Positions 13,879 to 25,856 of a stretch of 64,000 nucleotides of DNA are shown piece after piece. A model generated the notes under the pieces. It worked only from the letters and a program-made list of their open reading frames with translations, did not search any database and had not been told where the DNA came from. Numbering within the stretch: position 1 is the stretch's first letter; every line of letters starts with the position of its first letter. The translations under genes were made by a program, and so were the position numbers. This DNA is from Octopus vulgaris (taxonomy: Eukaryota): the NCBI GenBank assembly GCA_951406725.2, contig OX597820.1:105586001-105650000 (forward strand), written 5' to 3'.

Positions 13879-13905
13879 TAGCAGCATAGCCCGGCGTTGC
13901 CCGGG
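13878..13905 (-). mobile_element. Helitron-type 3' terminus (hairpin plus CTAG)
   Basis: Minus strand: CCCGG-GCAACG-CCGGG hairpin, 8 nt, then CTAG followed by T. 5' end not located. Confidence 0.6.
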
Positions 13906-15963
13906 TATGTAAGAAACTTTGTCGATAAGCAATGCCCTTTACCTTTTTACCCTTTTTTGTACTCATTGAACCATTATTTTGTAAAATGAAGCCTAAAAGG
14001 CATTAAGGCATTCAAGGCACCGTTCCCTTGCATGCATGAAGAAAATCTATGACAGTCAAAGTGCATTTTCTGGTTTTGCTTAGCACACCCAACCCAGTTC
14101 TGCGGGATCAGTGTCACGACGGGAACGCATGGGTTGGGAGTTTGACAGGCAGAGATGATAAGGTTGCACATGCCGCCCCCCGAACCCAAGTTGGGTTTGG
14201 ACCACAGCTAAGCCCTGCCTAATCCTAACTTAAGTCTAGCGAAAGGGGGGTCGGGAGCCTTTAGTAGGCAACGACTAATCCCGATCAAGTCCTTTCCCTC
14301 TAGGGAACGAAGGCGCATGTGTAGGTTGTAACGTCTTCTCTTCACTCCAATACTTCTGTGTATACGACGTTCCTAGCTGAAGCGGCAAAAATCGACTAAA
14401 TCGCCTGAAATCCGCGAACTATTTAACAAAAGTCAGTTTTGTAGGGTTCGCATGGTCGGTCTCAAAGTGATATGGTTTTGTCGATTTCTCCCAATACTTG
14501 TTAACTGCATTGACAAAAGGTCGTTAGTTTGACATTTAATGCAAACTTGATGTCCAACATCGGTGTAGGGAAAATCTATGTGAACTTTCAAAAATTATCC
14601 GGTAATTGGTCCATTTGGACCAAAGTAAAGCTTTTGATAGGGTAGACCACCAGTACTCAAGGCGGCTGGGCTAGGCCCGGACTTCCGTGGTTGGATCACT
14701 GCCGTGAAGTATATATTTAACCTCACAAATTTGCCGCCAATCCATTCAACTCTATCTTCAGTTCAGTCACAGTGCAGGTACGTATTGCGCAAGACTGTGA
14801 AAAACGCTTTGATTCTTCCTGCTTCTTTCATACAGGCTACAATCATTATGCAAGTTTGAGATTTAATTTTTACACACACACACACACACACATTTTTTCC
14901 GGCTGAGTCTTGCATCATTTATATTCCAAAACCTTAGTGGTAGACTTGCAAGTACTGAACAAAAGTTTCCCGAGCAAAACTGACTGTCATAACCTTTTTT
15001 GTTTACTCGTCGCAGTTGTTTAACTACGTAACGATTGAATAAAATGCGCAATATGTATGGATTAACTTCCTTTAATTCATTACTGCAATTATCAACTTGT
15101 CACATCTCTACATGTTACATCAAGCTTAAATATAGATTTGGATTTTTAAATCTCGTATTTAAAAAAAACCCCCAATTAAGTTTATTTGTGCATGCATAAT
15201 GTATAATGATGATTTTGGAAGACGCAAAAGCGTTGTCAACTCATTTTTAAGACTACGCAGTTTATAAGGCAAATTATTGCGTCGTAATGCTATCTTTGTA
15301 GTTAGTTATAACCGCATAAATGTTTTTGTTGTTTTGCTCCCGATGAAGATGATGAAAAGCATTCCAGCCGTAATAACGATTCCAGTTTTTTCAGCATAGT
15401 TTATTTAGGGTTGTATTATCAAATGCATCCGTTCTATGTTAAGACCGTAGGATTGATTTGTTTGATATGTCTAGCAAGTCGAGCAACAGTGTAGAGAAGG
15501 ACCTAATATAAATACAGATATACATGGTGTATATCAGCGGGATACCCATATACGAACAAATTGAATAACGAACAGCTTTTCTGAAGAAAATTAAATTCGT
15601 ATAACGAGCTGAAATTTGATCAACGAACCACGAGTAGACTACGCACTCGTATAAGTACTGGGGGTAGCATAAATGAATACGCTAAATGAATAAATTGTAT
15701 AGCGAACAATTTTTCTAAAGAAAATAATGCTCAGCCAACGATCCGAAATTTGAAAGACAAACGACGAATAGACTACACACGCATATAAGTGGTTGGGGGA
15801 GAGTGTCCGAACGGCTCGCTAATGTTCATTTACGCATCTTATGTAGCTTAGAAATATCCGTTTTTTAAGTCGAAAATAATGATATTTCTCATATAATTTT
15901 GCTGAGACGTAGAACCAACAGAAGCAAGTCATAGGGGAAACACATACACACGCGCGCGCGCAT

Positions 15964-16810
15964 GACAGGGTGCGGTGAATATATTGTCGCCTAAATAACG
16001 CAAAAATGAAAATAACACTGACATAAGATATATTTACTAAAATTACATAAAATTGTCTTGAAATACTAAAGAGTAAAGTTATTCAATAAAATCTGTTTTC
16101 AACCACGTCCTCCAGACGACTTCGGAATTTCCTGCAACTCTTCTGGACACGTCCTTTTTTAAGTTGGTGAATGCTACCATAATCCTTACCTTCAGTTCAT
16201 CTTTGGTGTTACAAGGAGTTTTGTTAGTCTCTCACTCACCTGCGCCCCACACAAAATAATCAAGGGGGTTGCAGTCTGGGGAGTTAGGTGGTCAGATGTT
16301 AGGGATGATGTGGTCGCAGAAATTGTCTGACAGCCATGACTGGGTTCTGCTGCTTGTGTGGTACGGTGCAGAGTCCTGTTGCCAGACATAGGGTCTTCCA
16401 GCAGCCACCCTCTTGACCCAGGGTAGGCCTCTATGTTGAGTCTGAGGCCGCGTGGGAAGATTAATGGAGGCATAACGGTGCCACCACAAGTGATCACTCC
16501 AAACACCATGATGTTGACTGGACGTTTGATTTTTATTACTCTTGGTACAAGTTTTGGGGATACAGCCAAAGGTTGTTCTGTGTGTCCACCATCATCTGTT
16601 CGTATTGGAGCTTCCGGCGCGAATACCAAGCAATACGTGTATAGTTTCCAAATTTCTGGCGGAGTAAATTGCGTCATGGTGTTGTTTTTCTCACAGACGA
16701 TGCCCAACTGACCCTACTATACTGTGTAGTCGACAAAATATAAAAAAATCAATGTGCATGCGCGAAATTAAAAATATAAAATGGTGATAATTTACCCATC
16801 GCACTTTGTA
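15964..16810 (-). mobile_element. Tc1/mariner-superfamily (DD37D/maT-like) transposon, internally deleted
   Basis: Remnants IMVFGVIT--G-VMPPLIFP-GLRLN, YVWQQDSAPYHTS and PPNSPDCNPLDY. Imperfect TIRs acagggtgcggtgaatatattgtc / gataatttacccatcgcactttgta. Confidence 0.75.
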
Positions 16811-17499
16811 TGTATATATATTTATGTTCTTCCTTTGGTTAACAAACAGGGAAGGATCATCTTCGAATATAAAGACCCTATTTTGCACACGCGCGCGCAC
16901 ACAAACATATGTATGCATTTATGTATAATGATTAAGATCCATGGATCTAGGTATAAGAAGTTAGTAAATTTTGAGCTGTCCATCGTAGGTATAAAAACAT
17001 CTTTCAGGAACAACAATAGTTTATTGACGTAGAAGGTTGTAGGTTTTTCCCATATCGAAGTTCGATAAACTGAAAAAAAATTATACTTCATGGTTAACAA
17101 CTAAGGTTGCTATGAATGCGAGTCCAAATTGAGGGAATGGAGCAGGTAAAAGCCAGGCTACATACGTTTCCTAGCAAGCAGAACGTTGGAAGTAATAATT
17201 ACTCAATAAGGGCTGATCTACTAGCTGCTCATCAGACCGAAGATACCTTAGTTAAATGAAGGTTACATTGTAGCCAAGGGATCCCAAGTTAACTCCCCGG
17301 AGATATAATTTGAAATGTGTGGAAGAAGCCGGAAGAACGAGCAAAAATGGTCGGTAATAGAAAAGGAGGAGGTCAAAAATATGGGAGTGGGTAATTATCT
17401 AAAGATGTTAAGAATAAAGAAAACGAGAGGGGGAGAGGAGGGAATTTAGTAGGAGGGATTGAAAGTGACTGAGTGGCAGGATGTGAATATTAAGCTGGG

Positions 17500-17900
17500 G
17501 TCATTTTAGCATGTCAACTTGGGTGCGACAATATATTTATTTACGTCCAGGTCTTGAGAATCACCTTTTCTATAGTGTCTAGATTCGATCTAGTATCCTT
17601 TCGATTCGCTTATAGTACATCTCGGTTTGTTCCACCGGTGTTGTTTGTATTGCCAACAGTTTTATCTACAACGGAGAAAGAAACCTGTTTTTGCAAGTTC
17701 TGATCGATCTTCGCGACCGCTGTTTCATCATTCATATATTAACTTTATATTATAAGACTAGAAAGTTAATTCCCAGTAGTTGGCCTTCCTCTTTCCGACC
17801 AACACAGCCACAGGGATGACATTTTAACTCTAGACCAATTAGGCTATGATTATTGCGCTTTCAGCACGAAGAGACAAGGTTTTATAGCCTACGACAGACA
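17500..17900 (+). mobile_element. Possible highly degraded PLE GIY-YIG remnant
   Basis: Weak, broken resemblance to Y-GE…L-DR--H…HFN motifs. Confidence 0.25.
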
Positions 17901-18438
17901 AAATCTTCCTTCGTCACCACGATCAAGGCAGTCAAGGACTACACTCGCCTCCATCTTCAACACGACTTCACCAACTTAAGTGATTACATGTCACATACGT
18001 AACTAATATTTTTAACCTCTGATGGAAAAACAAAACAAAACATGCTCACTTGGATCAGAAGTTATTCAAAATCATAATATTTGTAAACGTTTTAAAATAA
18101 ACATTTTTTATTCATAACAATATTCACCTTGTTTGTCATATTTCAACATGTTCACACATGTTTCAGCTGTCATATAGTGCAGTGTATTTGGAAACTCAAA
18201 CGAATCTTAGATTGGTTATTGCCAACATAGGCAACCTAATAGCCTTACCTAATATAAGAACATCTAGAAAAGAAAATAGGACGAACAGCCACGCAATAAT
18301 TCTAAATCACAGCATATTCACCATTGCTTACGCAGAATTTTTTAATGGAGGAATCGAAATTTTGCCTATCACTAATGTAATTCCTGTCATTGATAATGAT
18401 CGCAATTACATATTGATAAATAGTGTTTAATTAAACTT

Positions 18439-18820
18439 GGAGGCGCAATAGCCCAGTAGTTAGGGCAGCGGACTCACGGTCATAGGATCGCGGTTTCGAT
18501 TCCCAGACCGGGCGTTGTGAGTGTTTATTGAGCGAAAACACCTAAAGTTCCACGAGGCTCCGGCAGGGATTGTGGTGATCCCTGCTGTACTCTTTCACCA
18601 CAACTTTCTCTCACTCTTACTTCCTGTTTCTGTTGTACCTGTATTTCAAAGGGCTGGCCTTGTCACTCTCTGTGTCACGCTGAATATCCCCGAGAACTAC
18701 GTTAAGGGTACACGTGTCTGTGGAGTGCTCAGCCACTTACACGTTAATTTCACGAGCAGGCTGTCCCGTTGATTCGGATCAACCGGAACCCTCATCGTCG
18801 TAACCGACGGAGTGCTTCCC
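18439..18820 (+). mobile_element. tRNA-derived SINE, family A (full length)
   Basis: A-box tagcccagtagttagg and B-box ggtttcgattccc. Flanked by near-identical ttaattaaactt / ttatttaaactt (TSD). Confidence 0.9.
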
Positions 18821-18884
18821 CACCCCTTATTTAAACTTAAAAATGGCTTTTGTTTTTCTCTTCCCTTCGAAAATACTTAATCAT

Positions 18885-19530
18885 TTCCAAACGGTATCTA
18901 ATCACAGTGCTTTACATCCTGAGTTCAAATCCTAGCGACTTTATTTTTTCATCCTTCCGGAATCGATAAACATAAGTAATCTTCAACAAAATAAACGCGC
19001 GCGCGCTCACGCACACACTGGGATAGACTTGTGGGGGTGGGAGGAGCAGTAGATTTAAGTGACGGTGGAGAGGTAGAATCGTTAGAACATCGACAAAAGA
19101 AAAAAGAAAGAAAGAAGGCTCGTGTATTTGTTCCAATTCTTTACATTCTGAGTTCAAATCTTACGAGGTCAACTTTGCATTTCATACCCATCAGGGCCGA
19201 TAAAATAAAGTACCAGTCAAGTAATCGACTAAGCCCGCTTTCCCTAAAATCGCTAGAATATCATAAAGCAGTAAACTGGCAGAATTGTTAGCATGTCGGA
19301 CAAAACACTTAGAGGCATTTCTTCCGGCTCTACGTTTCGCCGAGACCAGCTTGCCTTTCGTCCCTTCGGCTGTCGATAAATGAAGGATCAAGTGCTGGGA
19401 TAGATGTTATCGACGAGTACACTTCCTCAAAACTTTTGATAAGTAGCTGTTGAGCATTGGGGTTGATGTAATCGACTTACATCCTTTCCCGAAACTGATG
19501 GCTTTGTACCAAAATTTGAAACCAATATTA
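18885..19530 (+). mobile_element. Cluster of degenerate Meta-domain SINE fragments
   Basis: Repeated ctgagttcaaatc…actttgc…ttcatcc…cgataaaataaagtaccagt motifs. Confidence 0.6.
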
Positions 19531-19929
19531 ATTATTACATTTTTGTTTTTCTTTTGAAATTTTGCAACCCTAAGAATTTTGTGCCCTGTGCAACTGCGCT
19601 TGTGGCGTTGCTCTTGCAAAGGCGTAGCACGTTTATGCGTGAAAAGACTATCAAACATTCTAAAAGCTGTTTTTTTTCCTTTTACCACAATTTAATCGCT
19701 TCTGGAATCTGAATTCTCTGTAGAGATTGTCTTGTCTCCCCTCAAACTTTCTTTTGGTCGTCTGCAATGCGCTTAAATAATAATTCTCTTACTCATCTTC
19801 ATTCTAAACGCTTCTCACAGTCTATAGACACACACGCGACATATATTTTCATCTTTGTTGAGTAATTTTGATTGAATTTTCCAGTTTGGTATATTTTATG
19901 AGCTTTCTGATTTATAATAGTTTGAATTA

Positions 19930-20151
19930 TACGAGGGGGGTACTGAAAAGTTCCTGGCTTTAAGAGTGTCGCGAAAGGTATTGTTGGAGGCTCAACTTTC
20001 CCAGTTCTTCTACAGGGCTTAGAAAAGGTGAAGGACCGCTGCAATAAGTGTGTGAATCTGAGAAGCGAATATGTTGAATAAAATCATAACTAATTGAACC
20101 TCCTATCTTTTCTTTTACCCAAAGTCAGGAACTTTTCAGCACGCACTCGTA
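19930..20151. mobile_element. Mariner-derived MITE
   Basis: TA-flanked TIRs tacgaggggggtactgaaaagttcctgg / tcaggaacttttcagcacgcactcgta. The internal remnant ends …EYVE*. Confidence 0.8.
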
Positions 20152-20339
20152 TTAACGAGAATGAATTTTAAGATAATTTAACACTCAGCATTAACTCTTG
20201 TTCCTCACAATGCATCAGTGTCATTACAGAATGGTTCAAAGAAGACTCAAACATCTCTACAGCCAAAAGTAATAACGTCATTTGGACATGTTGATTTCTG
20301 TTGACAGCGAATTCTGGTCATCATCAATAGCCAAAAGGG

Positions 20340-20755
20340 GATGCGGTGAGATGGCAGAATGTTACTGCGCCAGACAAAATGCTTAGCAGCATTTCTTCCG
20401 ACTATACGTTCTAAGTTCAAATTCCGCTAAGGTCGATTTTGCCTTTTATCCTTTCGGTGTCGATAAAATAAAGTATCAGTTAAGCATCTCCTCTAAAATT
20501 ATTGACCCTGTGTTAAAATTAGAAACAATTATCAACAGCCTAAAGGAGGGCGGCGAGCTGGCAGAATCGTTAAAGTGTTGGACAAAATGCTAAACGGTAT
20601 TTCTTCCGGCTCTTTGTATTTTGAGTTTAAATCCGATGAGATCAACTTTACCTTTCATCCTTTCGGTGTTTGTAAAACACCACGAAAGGACTGGGGTCAG
20701 TTACTATGGTATCGACCGGCCTCTTCTTCCATAATTGCTGGTTTCGTTCCAGATC
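20340..20755 (+). mobile_element. Two tandem Meta-domain SINE copies
   Basis: Heads gcggtgagatggcagaat… and ggcggcgagctggcagaatcgtt…, each followed by cctttcatcctttcgg-like Meta core. Confidence 0.75.
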
Positions 20756-21594
20756 ATTAATAGCCCAAAGAGGAATGAGTACCCCCACCTTTCTGTAGTA
20801 GTAGTAGTAGCAGCAGCAGCAGCTTCTCCCGCCATTATGCAATTCACTTCATTGAAGATCGACCATAATTTTCATCTTCCTAGTTTCAGTAATATTGATT
20901 CTGATCGAGTCACAGTTCCAGTGTAGTGAAGCTCAGGTTACCCAGTTCAAGACCACGGCCTACTATGCTGTGATGAAAGGCAAAGCTAGTTACGAAAAGT
21001 TAATTGTATCGCCATCAAAGGTGAATATGGCTTGACCAGTCATTCAGACAGTTGACCAATCATTCTGGCCAAATAGTCTGGTCGAACTTTCAAGAAAAAC
21101 TTCGTTGGGTTATAAGAAACTGGCGAATTGAAACCCAGGCAGAGCCATTCAGCAGTCCGCACGGAGCCATGTCGCTCTGCTCCATGAGGTGATCTCTCAC
21201 CGCTTTCTACTTTTCCCTTAACATGTTTTTGTCCTGTTCGGCAAACGGTACCGACCTTGGGTTGTAAGGCCGAATTATGCACTCGTTACTTACATGCAAT
21301 AGTTGTCACTCCTACTTATTTTCAGTAACTATGAACTACTTTCATATAATTTTCTTGCATAGTATCTTATACAGAAAACTTTCAACTATTTCATTGGGTA
21401 TCGTTTTAATGTTGTTCTAGTTATCCAACTGTTGAACATATGTAAATGCATATGTTCCGGGTTAATATAACTTGTATCAACGAAAACTAAGTATTAGTGA
21501 GATCATGACGAACACAACATGCAACCCACAAAATGTTGTTACTCGGCAATAACTATTTACTAGTAATACTACACACATTAAACCAACTATTTTG

Positions 21595-21770
21595 AGGGAT
21601 TAGTCAGCACCATCGACCTCAAGATTTAACTGGTTCTTTATTTTGTCGAAAGGATGGAGATCAAAGTTCATCTTGGCAGGTTTCGAATTCAGAACGTAAA
21701 ATGTCAGAATGAATACGACAAAGCATTTTGTCCGACGCTCTAACGATTCCGTCAATTCATCGCCCTCTCA
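21595..21770 (-). mobile_element. Meta-domain SINE, degenerate
   Basis: Reverse complement resembles 62122-62300. Confidence 0.6.
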
Positions 21771-22845
21771 TGGTTGAATAAAAAACCTGATTTTGTGACA
21801 AGCTATAAGAAATAATGAATTTTCTGTTTATTTCCATATGAAAAGGTAGATATTGAACCTGACTCCACACCTGAACGAATCTAATAGTTTAACTCTAAAG
21901 CGAGAACTAATTTAATTTCTTCTCATTTAATACGTTGTTCCAGATACTTCATATTTAAATGCAAAATATCAGACAGGCTCTTAAAATTCATTACTATTTA
22001 TTTGTCTTACTTGAAGATTTAAAGGTTTCTGAGGCTGTTAACTTCATTAAGTTTTATACCAATCATCATAAGCGGTGTGTAGAATCCGGTGACCAGAACT
22101 AAAATACGAAGACAATATACAGTCTGTGTGACACATATATCAGGCAGGTTTATTTTCATTGATTTACATCAAACAAAGGAATGCCTTTAATGAGAAAAAA
22201 GAAAAAAAAGCTTGGTTTATGTTACTATGTTCCCGATTTAAAAATTCAATATCATTCCTACCACTTGAATAAGTAATTAAACTTAGGAATGCGATGTTTG
22301 TGCGTTTGTTAAATTAGCAAAGGATCTAACTAAAATTAACACCTTATTATCGCATAAAGTAATTGCCAGTTTGTTTTTAAATATTTTTTAAAATCAGAAA
22401 ATGACTGTAAAACTCCAATTTATTCCTATATCTAGAGAACTCTTAAGTTGAGATCGCAAGCTGGGAGAATTATCTAGTAGCAGAGAACATTACGAATGAT
22501 TTAAGTATTAGTATTTCACTTACCGATGTTCAAAACAAAGTTAATAAAGAAAGCAATTATAAAAAATGTAATTCATTTGTTCATTTTTATTATTAAACGG
22601 TTTCTTCTCGTCAGCTGTAATTCGTCTCTTTATTCTACATATAAAGCATTTCTCTCTCTCACCAGTAAAACATTTTTTGATCAAAACTTCCTGACGATTA
22701 CTCCTGCGAAAAACAAACCTTTGTGACTACATTAGCCACCCCTCTTTTAATGATAAACTATTCCTCGATTATGGCTGTTACAGTACTATTCCTCATTCTG
22801 AAAGTTAACGAGCATTTGTAATATAGCTTTCTATTTCTTTTTCAG

Positions 22846-23794
22846 AAACCTGATGTTATCTCTAGGAAAGCACACGCAGCCATCGCTTTTTGGACACGAT
22901 CTTTTGGAGTTGAAAAAGCATTTACGGCAAACCGACTCCTGTTATTGGACAAGCAGTAAAAGCGATGAATCCAACATTAACGAAATGGCTCATTTTCATA
23001 GATTACTCGATGTTTTCCAGAGACAGCAACACCTGGAAATTAATCACATCGTGAAATCTCTTAGAACGAAAAGCCAGTGGTTAATCCGTTCTGAAAAACT
23101 CTGGGACATATTCAAAAGTGAAGTTGATCCAGTTGTACATCCGGTAGCCATTTCAGAATGTGAACCTTCAGAATCCAGTTGGCCCAAGAAGCTCGAATCC
23201 GATGCAACTTTGTCTGCGACGAAAGACTCTAAAGCACCAATATCAATCATGTACTTAAAAGAGAAAGATTTTTGGGGATACGATGTAAAAACTACCCCAA
23301 ATATTGGAAAACCCATATCACTGGGGCTTTCCGTATTAACTGATTGGCGCGATCCCCCCGAAATTTCGTTCCAGGCGATCTGGACATCTTCCGACAAAAC
23401 TCCAGATAACGAAAATTTGACTGAAACTGATGTTGAGAAGTGTAGTGTCAAAAGTATGGTCAAAATACATGAATCCCAAACGGAGGAACTCGACCAAAAT
23501 AATATTCACTCCAATAGAACAGAAATGGGTATTACTAATATTTTAGAAGTGGGAGGAAAGTTGAAACAGAATGAAGAAATTCAGTTAGAATCTCAGTGTG
23601 TGAACAAAAATGAAAACGACTACAACAAATTTGAATTTAGTGAACAGTTGCCAAATTGTTCAAATAAAGAAATTCTTGACATTGAAAACACAATAACACA
23701 TTGCATTTGCACTCAAACAAAACCTTCAATCGTTGAAAAATCGGTTGCTTTTCCGAGACGGCTGTTTTCACCGGGTTTGAACGCTCGAAGTTAA
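22846..23794 (+). CDS. Probable terminal coding exon of an unidentified host gene
   Basis: 313-codon stop-free frame in AT-rich DNA, directly preceded by a polypyrimidine tract and AG (tttctatttctttttcag|, AG at 22844-22845). No TE motifs recognised. ATTAAA/AATAAA signals lie downstream. Confidence 0.6.
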
Positions 23795-24559
23795 CTAAAG
23801 CGAAATTGTAATCGCAAAGAACTCCCCATAGTAAACCTAATCTAGTTTTTAACGCTCATCACAGACATTGTTATTTTCTATTTCAATAATGTTTCGTATC
23901 GAAATTAAACATAAAATTGTTTAGGCGACGGTTAACAATTAAATCTCATTGATAAGAAATGAATAAGTTTTGGTATCATTTCCGTTCAATGTTTTGGAAA
24001 TTTATTCTTTTTAAAAACGGTTTTAAATGTTTTGTCGAATCTAATTCAAATAAAGTCAATGCGTTTTTTTTTTTATTTTTAATTTACACACTCGGAGAAA
24101 AATTACGATCATTCAACATTGTTCAATATTTTAGAATATTAATCGTTATGGGTGTTCCGAGTTCATTTTCTAGTGGAAGTCCCTTCATAGTGTTATATAC
24201 GAAAATACTTGTTGAACGGTATTTTTTCTTTTAATGTAATGCATAGTTCAACTATAGGAATTTACTTTACGCTGTTAATGCAGGGTACGATCAGAAACAG
24301 TCCCATATTTTACACGGCCGTTGCTGAGCCCCAATAAAGTTAGATGGGTGAAAAGGACGTCTTCATATTATCTTCTTAGAAACCATCGTGGTTTAAATTG
24401 GTGTACAACGTGCTCTTACCGATAAAAGACTTATCAAGAGTGATGATTCTAAGAGGTTTTTACCGCACTTGCGTTTATATTTCTCTTTTCTATAAAAGTT
24501 CACCTATTTAAACTGCTAATGTTGATTTAATGACCAAAGAATTTCAGGAACTTTTTTCT

Positions 24560-25200
24560 TTACCATCACTAATGTGCTTTGGTCAACTCAATATATCTGT
24601 ATTAAAGCGAGGAAGTTTCCTGTTGTACCCTAAGATACACTATATAACTAAACATTTCAAGTACATCGAAGACAATAGGCCCATCCTTTGTTTAGCTTAC
24701 CAGAACAAATTATGTAATTTAATTGTTTCAATTTCGAATATTACTTCCACTTTGCGCACACGAATCAAAACCCATCCCAACATCTCTTCCTATTCACGTA
24801 CTCTCCTTGCTACTTTGTGTAGACATTTACTCACTGCAAAAACAATTTTGGTCATTGACCCCACTTAGCTGTACCGAGCTGACTTGTCCACCCACACTGT
24901 ATTCCTAACGGGACTACAGCCTTAATGAATTCTTCAACTTTTCCGTGTATCTACAACAACCTATGAAAATGTTTGGGTGTGTATCCCAGCATACACGAGT
25001 AAATTGTTAGACTTTGTCAGTTATCGACCAATCACTAATATTTACACAATGATATTTGAAAAAAATGGACGTCTCTTTACTACCACTTTTATTACATTGA
25101 GTCTCTTCGCCTTCTCGTTGACCAATAGTCAAGAGATTTGCTATCATCTTTCCCACAAACGAGTACTTGACATTAATAATTAGCACTTGACATTAATAAA
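24560..25200 (+). mobile_element. Degraded Penelope-like RT remnant
   Basis: LLYPKIH…RPI…TLLATL…YLQQ…PAY, in the order expected for the PLE RT motifs LPKIHK / RPIVS / LATLDV / YLQ. Confidence 0.45.
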
Positions 25201-25856
25201 TCCTTCACCACCGTATCTGGCATGAGGATCCGTTCTCAAAATATCGTGTCTACAAGATTCTTTCCTTTATTGCATTATATATTTTGTGAGACTACTCCAT
25301 AAACACATATATATATATATATGTGTTTATGTATGTATGTATGTATATATATAAATAAATACCGTAAATCTTCGAGTATAATCCGCATTTTTTCCCCAAA
25401 GTTTATAGGTCAAAATCCCTAGTGCGTACTATATACGAGGTTAAAAATGAAAAATATTTTCTATGCAATGTCCGAGTCTCTATTTGCTGTCCGGTAATTA
25501 TTATTCAGACGCATTTTCTGATGTCGGGCGCGAAAATACCTTAAGCTAAGCCTGAAAGCAATGAAGTTATAAAAGAATCATCCATAACTTGCAGTAAGCA
25601 ACATTTATTAAAATAAAAGTATTCAGAACACAGAATAACATGTAACAAAAACAATTTGCAAACATATTTACATTCCCATATAACAGTTAAGAACATCACC
25701 ATTATTGTATTACGCATGCGTGGAAGTGCTTTTTCAACTAGGTGTTGCTGGCTTAATTACGCACGAATTGTCCTTAATAGTTTAGCGCTAAATAGTTCAT
25801 CCTGCTGTTTGTATTGACAATTTGCATCATTACCGGGCAAACAATAGATACTCTGG

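Noticed and set aside
18439-18515. tRNA genes (also at 48492, 62122, 63393)
   Set aside because: A/B boxes are SINE heads continuing into SINE bodies; no proper cloverleaf or terminator.
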